From: Klebsormidium nitens
Lineage: Eukaryota; Plantae; Klebsormidiophyceae
NCBI GenBank assembly: GCA_000708835.1
Contig: DF237045.1
Coordinates: 62,001-126,000, forward strand
Direction: 5' to 3'
Length of the DNA: 64,000 nucleotides
Made by a program: the position numbers and the translations under genes. This document shows, one piece after another, positions 1 through 12,600 of this stretch. The notes beneath the pieces are model-generated. The model saw only the letters and a program-made list of their open reading frames with translations. It was not told the origin of the DNA and searched no databases. Each line of letters begins with the position of its first letter. The first letter of the stretch is position 1.

Positions 1-2400
1 TGCTTTGGATGTCAGCCAAGAAGTCCATCGATTTCCCTTATAAAGCGCCTGTCAAAATTCGGCGACCGCGTTATATTGCCTCAGGTGGATCTGTCGAGAC
101 GCAGTACGTCGCAGAGGTTCCGAGGCTGCATAAGCTGCTCGAACGTCGTCCGCAAACTTCTACCACAGGTGCCAGAGGCGACAGACGCCGGCGGGATTAT
201 TGTTGCTCATCAGTCGCGGCCCGCGGATAAGTAACCCGCTCCTTATGCCCTCTACAATGAAAAACGTGGCGCAAGCTTCCGGATGCCGGCTCGAAAAAGC
301 ACGTGTACTAAGGGCGACCACAGAGGTAGTGCTGCCAGACTGCCCATAGATGGGTTTAATCATCGCCGATAATTCCGGTCAAAAGATTGAACTTAGAAAG
401 TCGCTCCCGCGAAATACGCCAAGGTGAAGTGCAAACTTCCAGGGCAGCGGATCTTTATTTTCACCTTACCAAAGCTTGATAGGGATAAACTTTAATAGTA
501 ATAAGGAACTTAAGGTACACGAGTACGGGTGGGGTTAGTTTGGTGGTTAGGGTGGGTTTGGGTGCGGAGCAGGTCATTTTGTTCTTGGGGTTTTAATGTT
601 GGTTAAGCCGAGAAATTGAGTACTTTCAGTACCTCAGATCCTTATTACTATTAAAGTTTATGGTAATAAAGCTTGACCATCTTCGGTTCACATGCATCTC
701 AGCAAACATCTAGAGAAGTCGAAGAAATCTCTGTCGCGCAACGGCCGCTGCGATTTGGAAAAGGCGATACTGCAGTGTGACGCGGCTTGAACGAGTGGCA
801 GCCAGCCGTTGCCCTGTAAGGCTCGTTTTATCAGGCTCGCGCTTGACGAACTTTAGAGTCTTACGATTGATATAACGAGATGCAAATTGAGAAATTTCTT
901 ACCGGAAAGAAAGGGCGAGTCTACTGAGTCTAGCACGATGATGAACTCGCTGAAATCAGTAATTGCTCATCGAAGGTTGGGCCCTCGACGGCTAGAGAAC
1001 AGAGACTAAACCACTTGTGTGGCTCACCACAAACGACCGTGTCCTGCACGAATGGACCAGGGTTATCGAAGCGATCACAGCCTCAAAACATAATTAAAAC
1101 CCTTTCTAAAGCAGATTTAAGTAAGTTTTAAACGACTTCCACTCTTATGCACACCCTGAGTAATCACATGAAGGAAAGAAGGAAGCCAAGCAGGGAAAGG
1201 GCGGCTCAGTGCCCGAAAAATTCCAATTGAGCTCGAAGTCGCGCAGCTCAGGTTCGTCGATCTTGTCTTGGCCGTTCGCCTTTGACCCTTGGACCAACAC
1301 ACGTAAGCCTGTATCAGAAGGTGGCAGCTGATCAACGAAAGTGTAACAAGAATACAAATATGAAGAGCGTCCTAGTCGGTTGAAAGGCGTCCGGGATACG
1401 ATGCTAAACGGTTTTTTGAGCCAGCTCTCCAGCAGCCGCGGGTTGAAGTTTTGCAGGAAAGACGCTTCGACCATCGATCTGGGCTGAATATTGAAGGGAC
1501 AAGCGCCATGCAGGCGGCAATCCGCGGTGTTGGCGTCAAAAACCCATGGCTCGCTAACGGCAGAGACGAAGCGAGCCATGATGAACCGATCATGGCCTAA
1601 AGCTACTTGCTCAGTATGTGCGGAATTTTTTAAATAAAAAAGCCTCAAGCAGCAACCCCGACAGATGAGCGAAGAAGGGCAAGCCTGCGCGAACAGCTTC
1701 AGAAGTTACTTCGATACCGGGAATGACCGGGATTGCCATTCCCGTGCACTTCATCAAGGCTGTTCTGATCTTCAACTCAAGATGCAACGGATTCACATCG
1801 CCAATCGAGCGAGGTCCCCGGTTATATCTTCTAGAAGAGGTTTCAACAGGACAAGCGGAGCTGGCATAATGTCGACTTTCCCCGGGTCCTTTGGAGCGTA
1901 CAGCTAGTGAGTGCACGTCACATCCACCACTGTAGAAGCTCTCTTCCAATCATCTTTTTCGCCCCCCTGAACAAGTCCTCAGCTAGCTAAAAATGACAAA
2001 CAATCTAATATTGCCGCCTAGCGTATACTACGGGCCGCCACGTGAATCACTGCCTGAATGTTTGGCAAGTGAAGGTGCCCAAAGACACCTATAAAAAAAG
2101 CCAGTAAAAAGCAGTCATCGCCAGCCTGTGTGCTCGAAGGTGACGTCAGCCCTATTTCGAATGTCAGCCAAGAAGAACTAACCTCCCTTACAACGCGCTT
2201 CCGAACGTGGGCGTCCGCGACGTCATGTTACTATAAGACTACGTACTGGTGGATCTGTCGAGTGGCGTTCCGGCAGTTTCAAGGCTGCATCGACCGCTCA
2301 GATGTCGCCGCAAACCTTCTACGACGCGAACTTAGGCAACGGAAGCAAGAGTCGCTGCCGGCGGATGATTCCGCCGGCTATAGCCAAATCCAACAGCAAA
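1..2400. repeat. Degenerate dispersed direct repeat: 8-200 versus ~2160-2385
   Basis: Shared ATGTCAGCCAAGAAG, GGTGGATCTGTCGAG, AGGCTGCAT, GTCG.CGCAAAC.TTCTAC and GCCGGCGG in collinear order. Confidence 0.75.
485..661. mobile_element. Perfect 23-bp inverted repeat flanking a G-rich core (MITE-like, or two outward-facing element ends)
   Basis: ATAAACTTTAATAGTAATAAGGA (485-507) is the exact reverse complement of 639-661. The core has five G-tracts, and a ~55-nt copy of it lies inverted at ~41732-41787. Confidence 0.55.
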
Positions 2401-3279
2401 TGATGTCGCACGCGTGATGGAATTGGCTCTGAAAGAGCATGTCGAGTGCCTGTGGCCGGCTGCCGCGAAACGAATCATGTGCTGCCAAGCGCTGGGCTTT
2501 ATCATTGCCAATGAATGTTTGTACCTCAGTCACATAACAGCGTCGCAACCTGCAAAGCAGGCCGGCTGACGGACGGCTTCGCATTTAAGTCTCAGGTTTC
2601 CTCAATTCTCGATTCCTTCTCTATATCTGGGCGTGTGCAAATGAAGCGTATCAAATCGAAGGTCAGGCTGCACGGCCGGCACGGCCGGCCGCGAGCGCCA
2701 AGTGGGCGCGGCCGCGGCTCGAAGGGGCGGCCGCGATGCAACGTCGCGGCCCGCGATACATCAAGCCGCGGCCACAATCCACTATACCGCTTATTCATCA
2801 GCTTCCTAATTTGAAAGTGCCTGCCACCCGGTTTTTTCTGAGACATGAGGTTCTAACAGCTGCCTCTACTGACTTCTTTGGTCCACGTACTTCCTTCTGG
2901 ACTACAGGTTAGCTCCGGCTTCCTTTGCAGAGTTCTGCGTCTCCCACGCATCTTGGGCCGCGTGGCCAGGTCTTCATGGCCACAGAGTACGGCAATGCCT
3001 TCCACGCAATTTTGAGTCAATCACGGATTGATCTGTTTGAACACGGTGCTAACAGATCAACTAAACGGGCAACAAATTGTGCCATTTTAACATACGTAGC
3101 TCTAGATCTGGGCAGCACCGAACGCAGCATTTCGTGAGCCAACGAGAATTGAAAAACAGGTATGGATGATGCAGCTTGAATTTCTCATACAGAAGTAGGT
3201 CGCACATCTAACGGTTAATACTTGACTCTTCATTGTGTCCGATGAGTGCGCTCTGCGCCGGGCCCGCTTTTCACCCCCA

Positions 3280-4400
3280 CCAGCGCGCGCGCGCACGACG
3301 GCGTCTGATGCTTGACGCCGTCCAACGCCCCGGCATCGGCGAAGGCGCCAATGAACAGCCGGTGGGCGGTCGAGAGATGCAACGGTGTGACCGAAGCCCT
3401 GATCGACACTGAAGCGAAGCACCGCCAGTCGCACCGAAAGTGAGCGCTTATCTTCGAGCAGGCCGGGCCACAGCGCTTAGGAGCTCGAGCGTTAGCAGAC
3501 GTCACTGAGGGACCGTGGAATCATTTAGTCAACGGCTCCGAGACTCTACCTCGCTGCAAAGATCTGGCGCACTGAGGATGAGCCAGAAAGAAGTGTCTTA
3601 CATTGCCGCATCAGCCGACACGACAGGTCATGCCGCATCAGCCGACTCGAAAAGTCCAAGCGCGCTCGACAAGTCTAAGCGCGGAGCAACGCGCCTCAAT
3701 GAAGTCGACGCACATGCTCCCTCGATTCAACAGGTCGCAAGGGATTCGGACAAGGTGCTGGCTTTGGCACAAGTTTGGGCACGTCCAAGCCATCTTCTGT
3801 GATGAGATCAAAGTCGAGAAAATCCTGTGTAAAGATCAGAGCAGAGTGACAGGCGTTTTGCAGGGCCAGAGCTTGGCCGCCGCGCGGACTCGCTGGGCGG
3901 CCGCTGCGTGATTGTCCGCGGTTTGAAGTCGCGGGCGCGGCCGCTCTGCCGGGTCCCCCCTTCCGCCCCCCCCAAGCGCGCACGCGCGCGCACAACCTGA
4001 CGATTGAAACCGCCCCGGCAACGGAGAAGGCGCTGGAGAACGGCAGTGAGCGGTCGAGATGTGCAACGGTGTGATCGGGGCCCTGGTTGACGCTGAAGTG
4101 AGCCCCGCAAGCGGATTGGTCGTGGGCACTGATCTTCGAGCGGGGCGGGCCACAGCGTTAGAATCTCGAAGCGTTTGCAGTCACTGAGGGACCGTAAAAC
4201 GATGTTATCAACGGCTCAGAGACTCTAACCTTCCTACACAGATCTGGCGCGCGCGGAGGATGAGCCAGAAAGAAGTGTCTTGCATTGCCGTATCTGGCAT
4301 TAAACAATCCTGAGCGCGGAGGAGAAAGAGACGCACGGGCTCCCTCGATTTAAAAGGTCGCAACGAATTAGGGAAAACCAACAGCTTGCTCTTAATCGTG
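3280..4400. repeat. Degenerate direct duplication, period ~680 nt
   Basis: Shared blocks such as GTCACTGAGGGACCGT and GAGGATGAGCCAGAAAGAAGTGTCTT at about 3500-3600 and 4180-4280. Unit 1 contains a 27-nt internal tandem (TGCCGCATCAGCCGAC x2, ~3604-3646). Confidence 0.85.
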
Positions 4401-4569
4401 GACAACAAAGGTTTCCAAAGCCTGAGTAAGAGATGGCTTTGACCACTCTAACGTGGGGACTCTTTGAAATATTGCTGCAGCTACTCTTTGCAATGTTCCT
4501 ACTGCAGCACGCGTGCAATCGACTTGTTGACGCTAGCCGCTCTCAGAGACGGGCAACATAAATTGCGAA

Positions 4570-5050
4570 AGTACAATCATAGAAAGACTGTCGCGAGATA
4601 TGATACAGATTTCGGAGCTGACCTTAAAATCGGCTCGCTTGCCAGGACTCCAACTGGAGGAACGGAATAGATCCTCTGAAATTCAGTTCGTTTGCCCAGA
4701 TTGGGGAAAGAATGGACTAAGGTGCAATAACGAGACATGAAAGTAGCGTCGCGCCGGGGCAGGGCCGTCGATCAAGGGAGCATTCAATAATGCCTCAGAT
4801 AGACCGTTGCTTGGGATGCTGTTTCCATGACCCCAGCAGAAAATACCTTCATTGCCGGCATTGTCACATACCGTAGCGTTGTAGAAGAGGCTTGCAACCC
4901 CGCCCCTAACTCCGCCCGGTTGCTTGATGGAGAAGTGGTCGGGGCATTTTGGCAAGATTCGTTTGCAGGATAAGGTCCACTCAGAGACCGCCACCTGTCT
5001 GAGGTCGGAACTTTGGTGTTAGGGGCGGCTCGGCCCTCAACTATGTAGGC
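4570..5050 (-). mobile_element. Second, oppositely oriented copy of the same possible LINE endonuclease fragment
   Basis: The reverse complement of 4868-4975 matches 5557-5655 (CCTTATCCTGCAA.CGAATC...GAGTTAGGGGCGGGGT.GC.A.C.TCTTC.ACAACGCTA). It translates as GGVRGGVASLF. Confidence 0.4.
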
Positions 5051-5449
5051 CGAGAGCTAATGTAGCTACCGGCTAGGCCACCGGGCATTTTTGCGTGACT
5101 GTATGTTAGCTGATTTAATTGCCCGGTCCAAGGTGCACCGCGCTGTTTCGACCGGCCTGGCTGTGTTACCCAAGATCGGAACACTCGACTGGAGTAGGTG
5201 ATACCTAGGTGACATCAACGCCGAGTTTGAAATTGTGTATCCTCTTCAGGCAGGCGCGAAAATATTAACCGAGTCGCGTGCAACCGAAACTGAATCGACA
5301 GTGACCGTAGAGGCTTGTACGCAAAATTCGGTCGACCGTACGAGCATGTCGAATTTTCTGACATGGATGTACAAGGTGGCAAGTGCACTGCGCGCGCCGC
5401 GTGTCCAATATGTAACATATTTTGCGTGCGGCGGTTCGATTCGGTACGA

Positions 5450-5930
5450 TGGAGTTGAGTTTCCGTACACATGGGGCGCGATTGACACCATCGGAACTCC
5501 ACCATTTGGCTGAGGTTCTGCGCACCGTCGATACGAATATCCACGGTCAAAACCACCCTTATCCTGCAATCGAATCGACTTTCCAATCTGGCAGTGATAG
5601 CTTCTGCGGCCTCCGAGTTAGGGGCGGGGTCGCGACCTTCTTCAACAACGCTATGTGTACGTCCTTAATTGGCAAAAGCACTAGGTGGTCCCTCTCGAGT
5701 CCCCTCGTGCACTGATGTGATTGACAGACCTTCGTAAATCGAGTCCACATCAAGGATTAACGTACGCTTGTTGGCGAACAGCCTCATGCAGGCGGTCACC
5801 ACGTTAGTCGGTGTTGTATAAGAAAGCTCGGACGGTGCGCATGCAGCCTTAAATGTCGGCCGAGGTATTTGGATCAGTCGGAATGAGCAAACCTGTGACC
5901 ATCATATGCGATTTTCCAATTTCAGACACC
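5450..5930 (+). mobile_element. Possible degenerate non-LTR retrotransposon APE-endonuclease fragment
   Basis: Across frameshifts it reads ...LHHLAEVLRTVD..., RVRGGVATFF, LVGV(Y) and PVTIICDF, in the order expected for LINE APE motifs (GGVAI, VYxP, IxGDFN). An inverted homolog lies at ~4570-5050. Confidence 0.4.
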
Positions 5931-6680
5931 TCACGTGTTGCCCTTGTGATTGGCCCAGCCAAATTGACCGTCCAAGTGAACTTCATACACTGAGGGCCGA
6001 CTCGCGCTGCTGCCCCGCGGAATCAAACTCACCTAGAGCGACCGTGAGCGCGCAATTTGCTTAATTCCGGTTCTGGTCCAACTCAAATCTTTCAACTTGC
6101 GCTTAAATGCTTTTAGTTGAGGCGTCCGACACAACTTGAAGGTCTGTTCATTCCAGCTCGGAAAACAGTCAAGAACATTTCGAGCGAGCAAACTTGAAAG
6201 AAGTTGGACAGAACAACGAGTATGCATGCTGAAAGGCCACGGTTGCAGCGTCGGATTCAACAGTGACGGAGGCCTGGGCCAAACCCAGCACTTATTCGTC
6301 ACGGCTGCCTCTGCTTGTCTGGCCTTCGTAGGCAACACGACTCAGAGTCGCGTATGGGCAACGACTAAAAGACTGCGCAGATACAAAAGACTGCGCAAGT
6401 GATTGCCGGCTTTCACGAGAACCGTGTCAAAACGCGTAGAGTGGACTGTCCGTTTCCGAACCCCAGTTTCTAGACTTTCTACATCTACCAAAATTTGCCA
6501 TTTCTATGTTTCATACGTTAAGCCAAGTCTTTCTCAAAGCTCAGCTCTCCCAATCGACCAGTTCTCCCAATTTCTATGTTATCGCAATCTGCGACCTTTC
6601 AGATCCTGTAATCTAAAATCGACTTATCTTTTACAAATCGGACGTAAGCACTCGGAATCTGGTTTCCTTGGGGAGAGCAG

Positions 6681-9600
6681 CTACTTGTGCTTGAAGCGCA
6701 CTTTCAGCAGGAAACGCATCCGAACCTGCAAGAACGGAAAGAGTCTTGATTCATTGTCATTGCTTGCTAACGGGTCTCCGAAACTTTTTTATGAAACGTA
6801 CGTTCATACAGTCTTCATCCGACTGGTCAATTATTGGCGTGTTCTTGATCGAAGAAACCTTGCAAGGTTCGGATGCTCCTGCCAGGATGTGATAAGGGCG
6901 GCAGATTAAAGAGCTCACTTCAGCGTTCTGCTTTTGTCTGCCCGTCGGACCGGCGACCAGCCAAAAATACCATTGTAAACATACCGTCCGACCAGCTTTC
7001 GCAACAGCAGAGCCTTAGCAAGGCGCAGAAACCCATTGCGGTATCTGGTAGTCCACCAGCCACATCGACATGAAACTTGCCAAAATCCAGCCCTCCACAT
7101 CAACAGTAAACATTCCGTGCAATCCACTTTCCTACTCACAGAAGGTCTCTCTCCGCAGCAACAGCTAAACGTCGAGACTCTGCCCAAACCCTATCAACGG
7201 ACTGACCAGTTCCTTGTCCAAACACCTCTTTTAGATCAAAGTCGTTTCTTCTCACCTGCGAGGTATCGTACACAATGTACTCGTTGTACATGAGCTCCGT
7301 GGCGCGCACGTTGCTGGGCACGGGCTTGCCAGCTGGCACCGTGACGTCATCGTCCAGCTTGCGGAACTCGCTCCGGTCCGGGGCCACCTTGCCCAGGCCC
7401 TTGGTCGAGTGCTTGCCACGTGGCGCCTTCTCCATGTACTGTGCGGAGCAAAGGACACAACACTGAGAGACCGCATATGCAAATGGAGATGATTGCTCCT
7501 TGGGAGAAGAAGCGCTACGGTTTTCGATCCAACTGCAAATCACACCGGACCAGATTATTGTTCAACGTGCAGGTCTGCTCGCCAAAATAGGGTGCCTATA
7601 CATCAGCAGAAATCATAGAACTCTGTAGCGACTGATCACAAGAACGGAGGACGCGGCGGAACGCAACGAAAGGGTGCAAATAACACATGACTTGACTGGA
7701 CGGCAATCGTCCGCACCTGCGCCTTGCGTAGCTCGTGCATGTCTCCGAGGGCGACCTCGCACAGCAGCATGAGGCCGACCGGGCTGCCGCGCGAGGTGTA
7801 GCAATACTGCGCCGACTTTGACACCAGGTCCGCAAAGTAGATGCCCTTGCCGAACTGCACGCGAGAGGGAGTGTCAAGTGAGCGAGCCATGGTTGCTGCG
7901 GTGTTATTAGAAGACGTACGTGAGCTGTGCATGTGTGAACTTCATGCGAAGGCCGACTTGTAAAAAGAGACAAACGTTTGCGACGGACAAAGGCACCCTT
8001 AAAGTAATTGAAGTAAGCCTGTCGATATGGTTGTCACAGCCAGCATCCTCTTGCTCAATAACCGGTTAAGGCATCAAGGGCCGAAAATCTGCCGCTACAG
8101 GACCGTAGTTTGTAGGTCCTCGCAACGAGACTTCATAGCAAATTTTTGACGAAGACTCTTGACAAATAAGACACACAAGCTTTTCGAATGACTAACCTCT
8201 AAACGCTTTCTGAGCACGTACGTTCCAACGGCGCCGTAATCACGCCCAGGAACACCGAATTAAGAAGTTCAAGCATGAAGAACAAAACGGAATATGTAAA
8301 AGAAGCCTCAGAAACGTTAGCTCCTCACCATGTACCCCGTGACGGGTGCTTCCGGCGGTGCGATGCGCAGGCCCTGGCTGAGGATGCCGACGTAGTTGGA
8401 GGTGCGGGAGCCGTGCCACAGCAGCTGCTTGTTGGGCAGGCTGCTCTTGAAGGGCGCGTAAGCGGAGCCTTCGCCCGCGCGGTCCAGGCAGAACACGTCC
8501 TCCAGCTCCAGGTCCCACTCCTGAAAAAAAGAAGCAGATAATTTGAAAGCAATACCAGAAAAGCAAACGGCGCATACGCGAAACTTCTCGCGCACGGTCC
8601 AGGCAAACACGTCCTCCTCCAGATCAGATACCACTCCTTGGAAGTAAGGGGAGAGTTTGGATCTGCGTAAAGTGCAGGAGTTGACGGGGCAGCTCGAAGT
8701 CGGATTAAAATCACGTCTTTGGGTTACAGGTCCCACTTCTGGAGAGCAAAAGCAAGAGATTGGCGAAGCAAACGGCCACACGCGCAGTGGCAAAAGAAGT
8801 CCTCAAGCTCCAGGTCCCACTCCTGAAGGGAAGGAGAAGCTTGACGAAGAGTCATAACTGAGTCTGCGAAGATAACAATTCGACAACGGTGCAGCCCCCT
8901 TAGACCGAGGGAAAGTGCTCTTGAGCACAATCAAGACAAGAAGAGGAACGCTGCATCAAAGCGCACTTGCTGTGCTTCAAGAGATCCGTTTAATCAGAGG
9001 ACTCCCTTCTTTTCCTCAACCACGACTACACGTTCGCCATCGCTCAGCGCCCGTCTGACGCACCTGTCAGCCGCCAATTCAGTATGCATGCTTGCCTTGG
9101 AAAGGGCATAACAGAAATTTTGGCTAAAACCTCTAACGGCTCATCGTGTGTGTTGGCGCATGCATCTCGTGCCGATTTCTCAAAAGCAAAGCCTTCGGAA
9201 GGGTTCGAAAGCAGAAGCACTTCAGAGGTCACTTTAAAGGAAGTTTACCTTGTGAATGGGCGGGTGCCTCTTGTGCCAGTATCCATCAAACCCCAAGCCC
9301 GCCTCCACAAAATATTAAAGTCCGAAGCAGAGCGCAGCTTCATTCACCTTGTGTGTTGGCGCGTGCGTCTTGTGCAGGTATTCTTCCACCAGTCCCCAGT
9401 TGGGGTGGTCCCGCGGCATGGGTTCCACGGCACATTGCAGCTGGCGGTAGTGCGCGTCCAGCGGGTCTTCTTCGTCGCCCTGGCTCGACAGGTCGCCGAT
9501 CAGCCGCGACGCGATCTCGATGTCGCGCAGCGCCTCCAGCATGCGGATCTGCGGAGACGGTTGAAGGGTTGAAAGAGCAATCTTAAGGGAAGCTAGAAGG

Positions 9601-12600
9601 ACGGAGCGAATGATACCCGCTAGGTGGCGATAATGTTGTCAGAACACGGTCCAGAACAGCAATATAACCCAGGGAAGCAATATGGTCCGGAGACAAGCAA
9701 GAACTCCGTGTGCGGTCGTGTGCGCCCAATTGATTGATTGGAAGGAAGCCTTCAGAACCATCCATTCCATTCCAGGTTTCAGTGGAAGGGCTGCAAAACA
9801 AGCTAGGGAAAAAAGACACGACTCGTTCATCTCGTCGCCCAAGGCCGTCAGCGCTTTGCGTGGTCCATGGACTCACGTACCACCACAAGTATGCTCATGC
9901 AGTATTTTCCGCTCGGTTCTGCTAACGCCCCTCGCTACTTCCGCTCAACTGCTTTCAGAGCTCCCAACATCAATCTCGCAAGCTTCCGAAGCTCCCACTC
10001 ACCCACTTCGCGGATTTAACGATTCCGTTCCGGCTCTGTTCCTTTGTCCTCACCTTGTCTTTCAGTCTCCCCTCGTCGTTGATCGGGTTCGGGTGCATAG
10101 CTGGCACCAGCGTGTAGAAGCGGTTGCTGGCGTCCAATAGAAGGGCGGCCTGCCGATCCGGTTCGGTACTGCTGTCGTGGAGCAGGTTCTGGATGCTGGA
10201 TAGGACCTCAAAGCCTGCAGGAGGAATGACGAGTTTCAGGAAACGAGCCGGTGCTCCGCCCAGACAAAGCACGGTAATCCGCCCACACAAGGCGTGCCTG
10301 ATGCTCGCTAAGAACGGCGTCTTCCTCGACTTGACGCACAAATGACAGAGTTGAAGTGGTGCGTATTCTATTGTCGGGCTGGGTTTTTGAAGGGACCGCG
10401 AATGCACAGTGTTGGGCGACCAGTCTCCTCCTGAGACAATCTTCAAGACGGCCTTTTCTCAAAAAGTACATGGTGCACCAGAAATTCCACAGGGAAGGAG
10501 GAACGGTGTCTGGAGGCTGTAAGTAAGTCAACGCCACTGATTGGAGCCATTATAACCATTGGATCCATTGTCTGCGACCTTGCGTGAGCTTACAAGATCG
10601 TGACCCTTCGTCTGAACTTACTTTGAAGAGAACAAGCTGCCGGAAGTGCAGGAGAAGGAGTGACTCAGTCTGCTGAAGTGTTTCGCAGAAGAAAATCAAC
10701 GAGAGCTGGAGTAAGCCGCAAACGAGACTGTGAAGAGTGGATGGCAGTCAAGGTTTCCGCAGCCAGATCAGAGGCATCCCCTCGGCGCTAGAAGAGTAAT
10801 AGAACGCACGTTGCCGAAAGAAGGTGGCATTCGGAGTTCCAAGCGAGCGCCTGTAGGTGTAAACCTACCGCAGGTTCGTCATTGCCACCATTATCTCCCA
10901 TGTGGTTTTCCCGGTCCGCCTTAAGAAGCACGGGAGAAACACAATCATTCGAACACCATATCCTTACGACGTGTGACAAACGGAGAGCTGCAAAAGTCGA
11001 CTCCGAAACCAATCTGGATATTTTCCCTTGATGAGGCATATGCAAAGCTTGGATGAGGAACCATCTCTGTCGCTCTTGTGCCCAGAACATACCCAAGGCA
11101 GAACCTTCGCTTTGTTCGACTGGAACGAAAAAGAGCGGCAAGGAGGGAAACCGCCACAACCGGCCCCTTACACCCGGCAAGCCATGCTTCTCTCAGGATA
11201 AAGGAAAAGAGAGAGAAGGCCGGTAGAACGTGTTGCGTAATAGGGACACGTCCAGCATGGAAAGATTGAACGGCTCGAGTGCCCGGCTTTGTTCATGAGC
11301 ATACTATATGACATCATGGCGGTTATACAGCAGGTTATATCAGTGTAGTGGTGGAACGGAAGGTGGCAAACGAAGGTTCCAAACCAGAAGCGTGCTTCAT
11401 TCCAAGTGAGCTAGATTCACATTTCTGAATGTCGGAGCATATTGACTGAGCAATTGTTAATCAAGTGTACGTAGCTCAGATTGCACTTTTGAGTTGCGAA
11501 GTTGCAGAAATGTTTCCACACTACATGATTGAGTGAAGTCTTTCGGACAGAGGCGATCAACTCGAATGGACGTGTCTATGGCGTGCGCCAAGGCAGTACA
11601 CAATCATGGCCACTCCAGCCCTTGCACTGTATCTTCCAAACCAAAGAATGTACAGGGACGGTATTAGAAGCGACTGCTAGCAACACAAAACCGACTGCGG
11701 CATTGGATTACCAACGTGTAGCAAGACTGGCTTTTCACAGTCGCCAGGCTCTTATTTCGTCACAACTACGTTGATGCAAATGACGAAAATGTAATGAATG
11801 GTCTGCAAGCAGCTAATGACGGGCGCTGCAAAATAATTTGAGGACGTACCAGCCACTGTACTGTAGACAAAAGTCAAGACCTCTCGACCCTTTGCCGACT
11901 CAGTTTTTCTAAGCTCCACTTCGCCTACGGCCACTTGAAGCTCCTCAGCTTTGACCTTTCGTGGTTTCAGGGGGAGGAACACAAGGAACGCATGGCTCAC
12001 GATAAACGAACATAGCGTTGAGCTCGAAAGGAGGCAGAACGTGCTCAAAAAGAAGGAGCCCAGTATCGCTCGTCGACACGGATGTTCCGGATCTAAGCTT
12101 TTCCACAACCGGAGGACAACGGACGTGATACGTGTTGGACATAGGGGGCAACACAGGTTACGTTGGAACACATACGCCCACAATAGTGCGAAACTGCTCT
12201 TGCTTCCTGCAACACTTACTCTCTCGAAGAGGGTGGCAATCGATATCACTCATCACGTTGGCTTTGCGCCATGCAAGCATTGTCATCCTAGCCGCTTCGG
12301 CAGCGGCACGGCCAGGATGACGACAAGTAATGACGACTGCATTGCAACAAACGAAGGTCTGACAGCTAATTCGAGCTGCCCAAAACTGGCTGAAAGAAGT
12401 TCAAAACGTGTGGTGACTTCCCATGGGCCCGAATATTAGAGAGACAGAACGTAGAAGCTGGCAGAAACAAAGGGCGATGCTCAAGGAAGCTCCGGCCTAC
12501 ACTTTACCGCTTCAAATGCATGCTAAGCACAGACCAGGTGAACTGATGGGATACAGAGAACCATTGCCAAACCCCGAACAGACGAGGAGTAAGACGAGGA

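Noticed and set aside
525-565. Telomere-like TTAGGG sequence
   Set aside because: Only one or two imperfect units. Better explained as the G-rich core of a dispersed repeat.
1145-1949. Overlapping minus-strand ORFs of 167 and 112 aa
   Set aside because: I recognise no motif. They may be TE debris, but this cannot be supported without a database search.
6403-6909. 168-aa plus-strand ORF
   Set aside because: Antisense to the PARP1 last exon and 3' UTR, with no homology signal.
9960-10020. Possible echo of PARP1 exon-14 start
   Set aside because: Similarity is limited to a few short words and could be chance.
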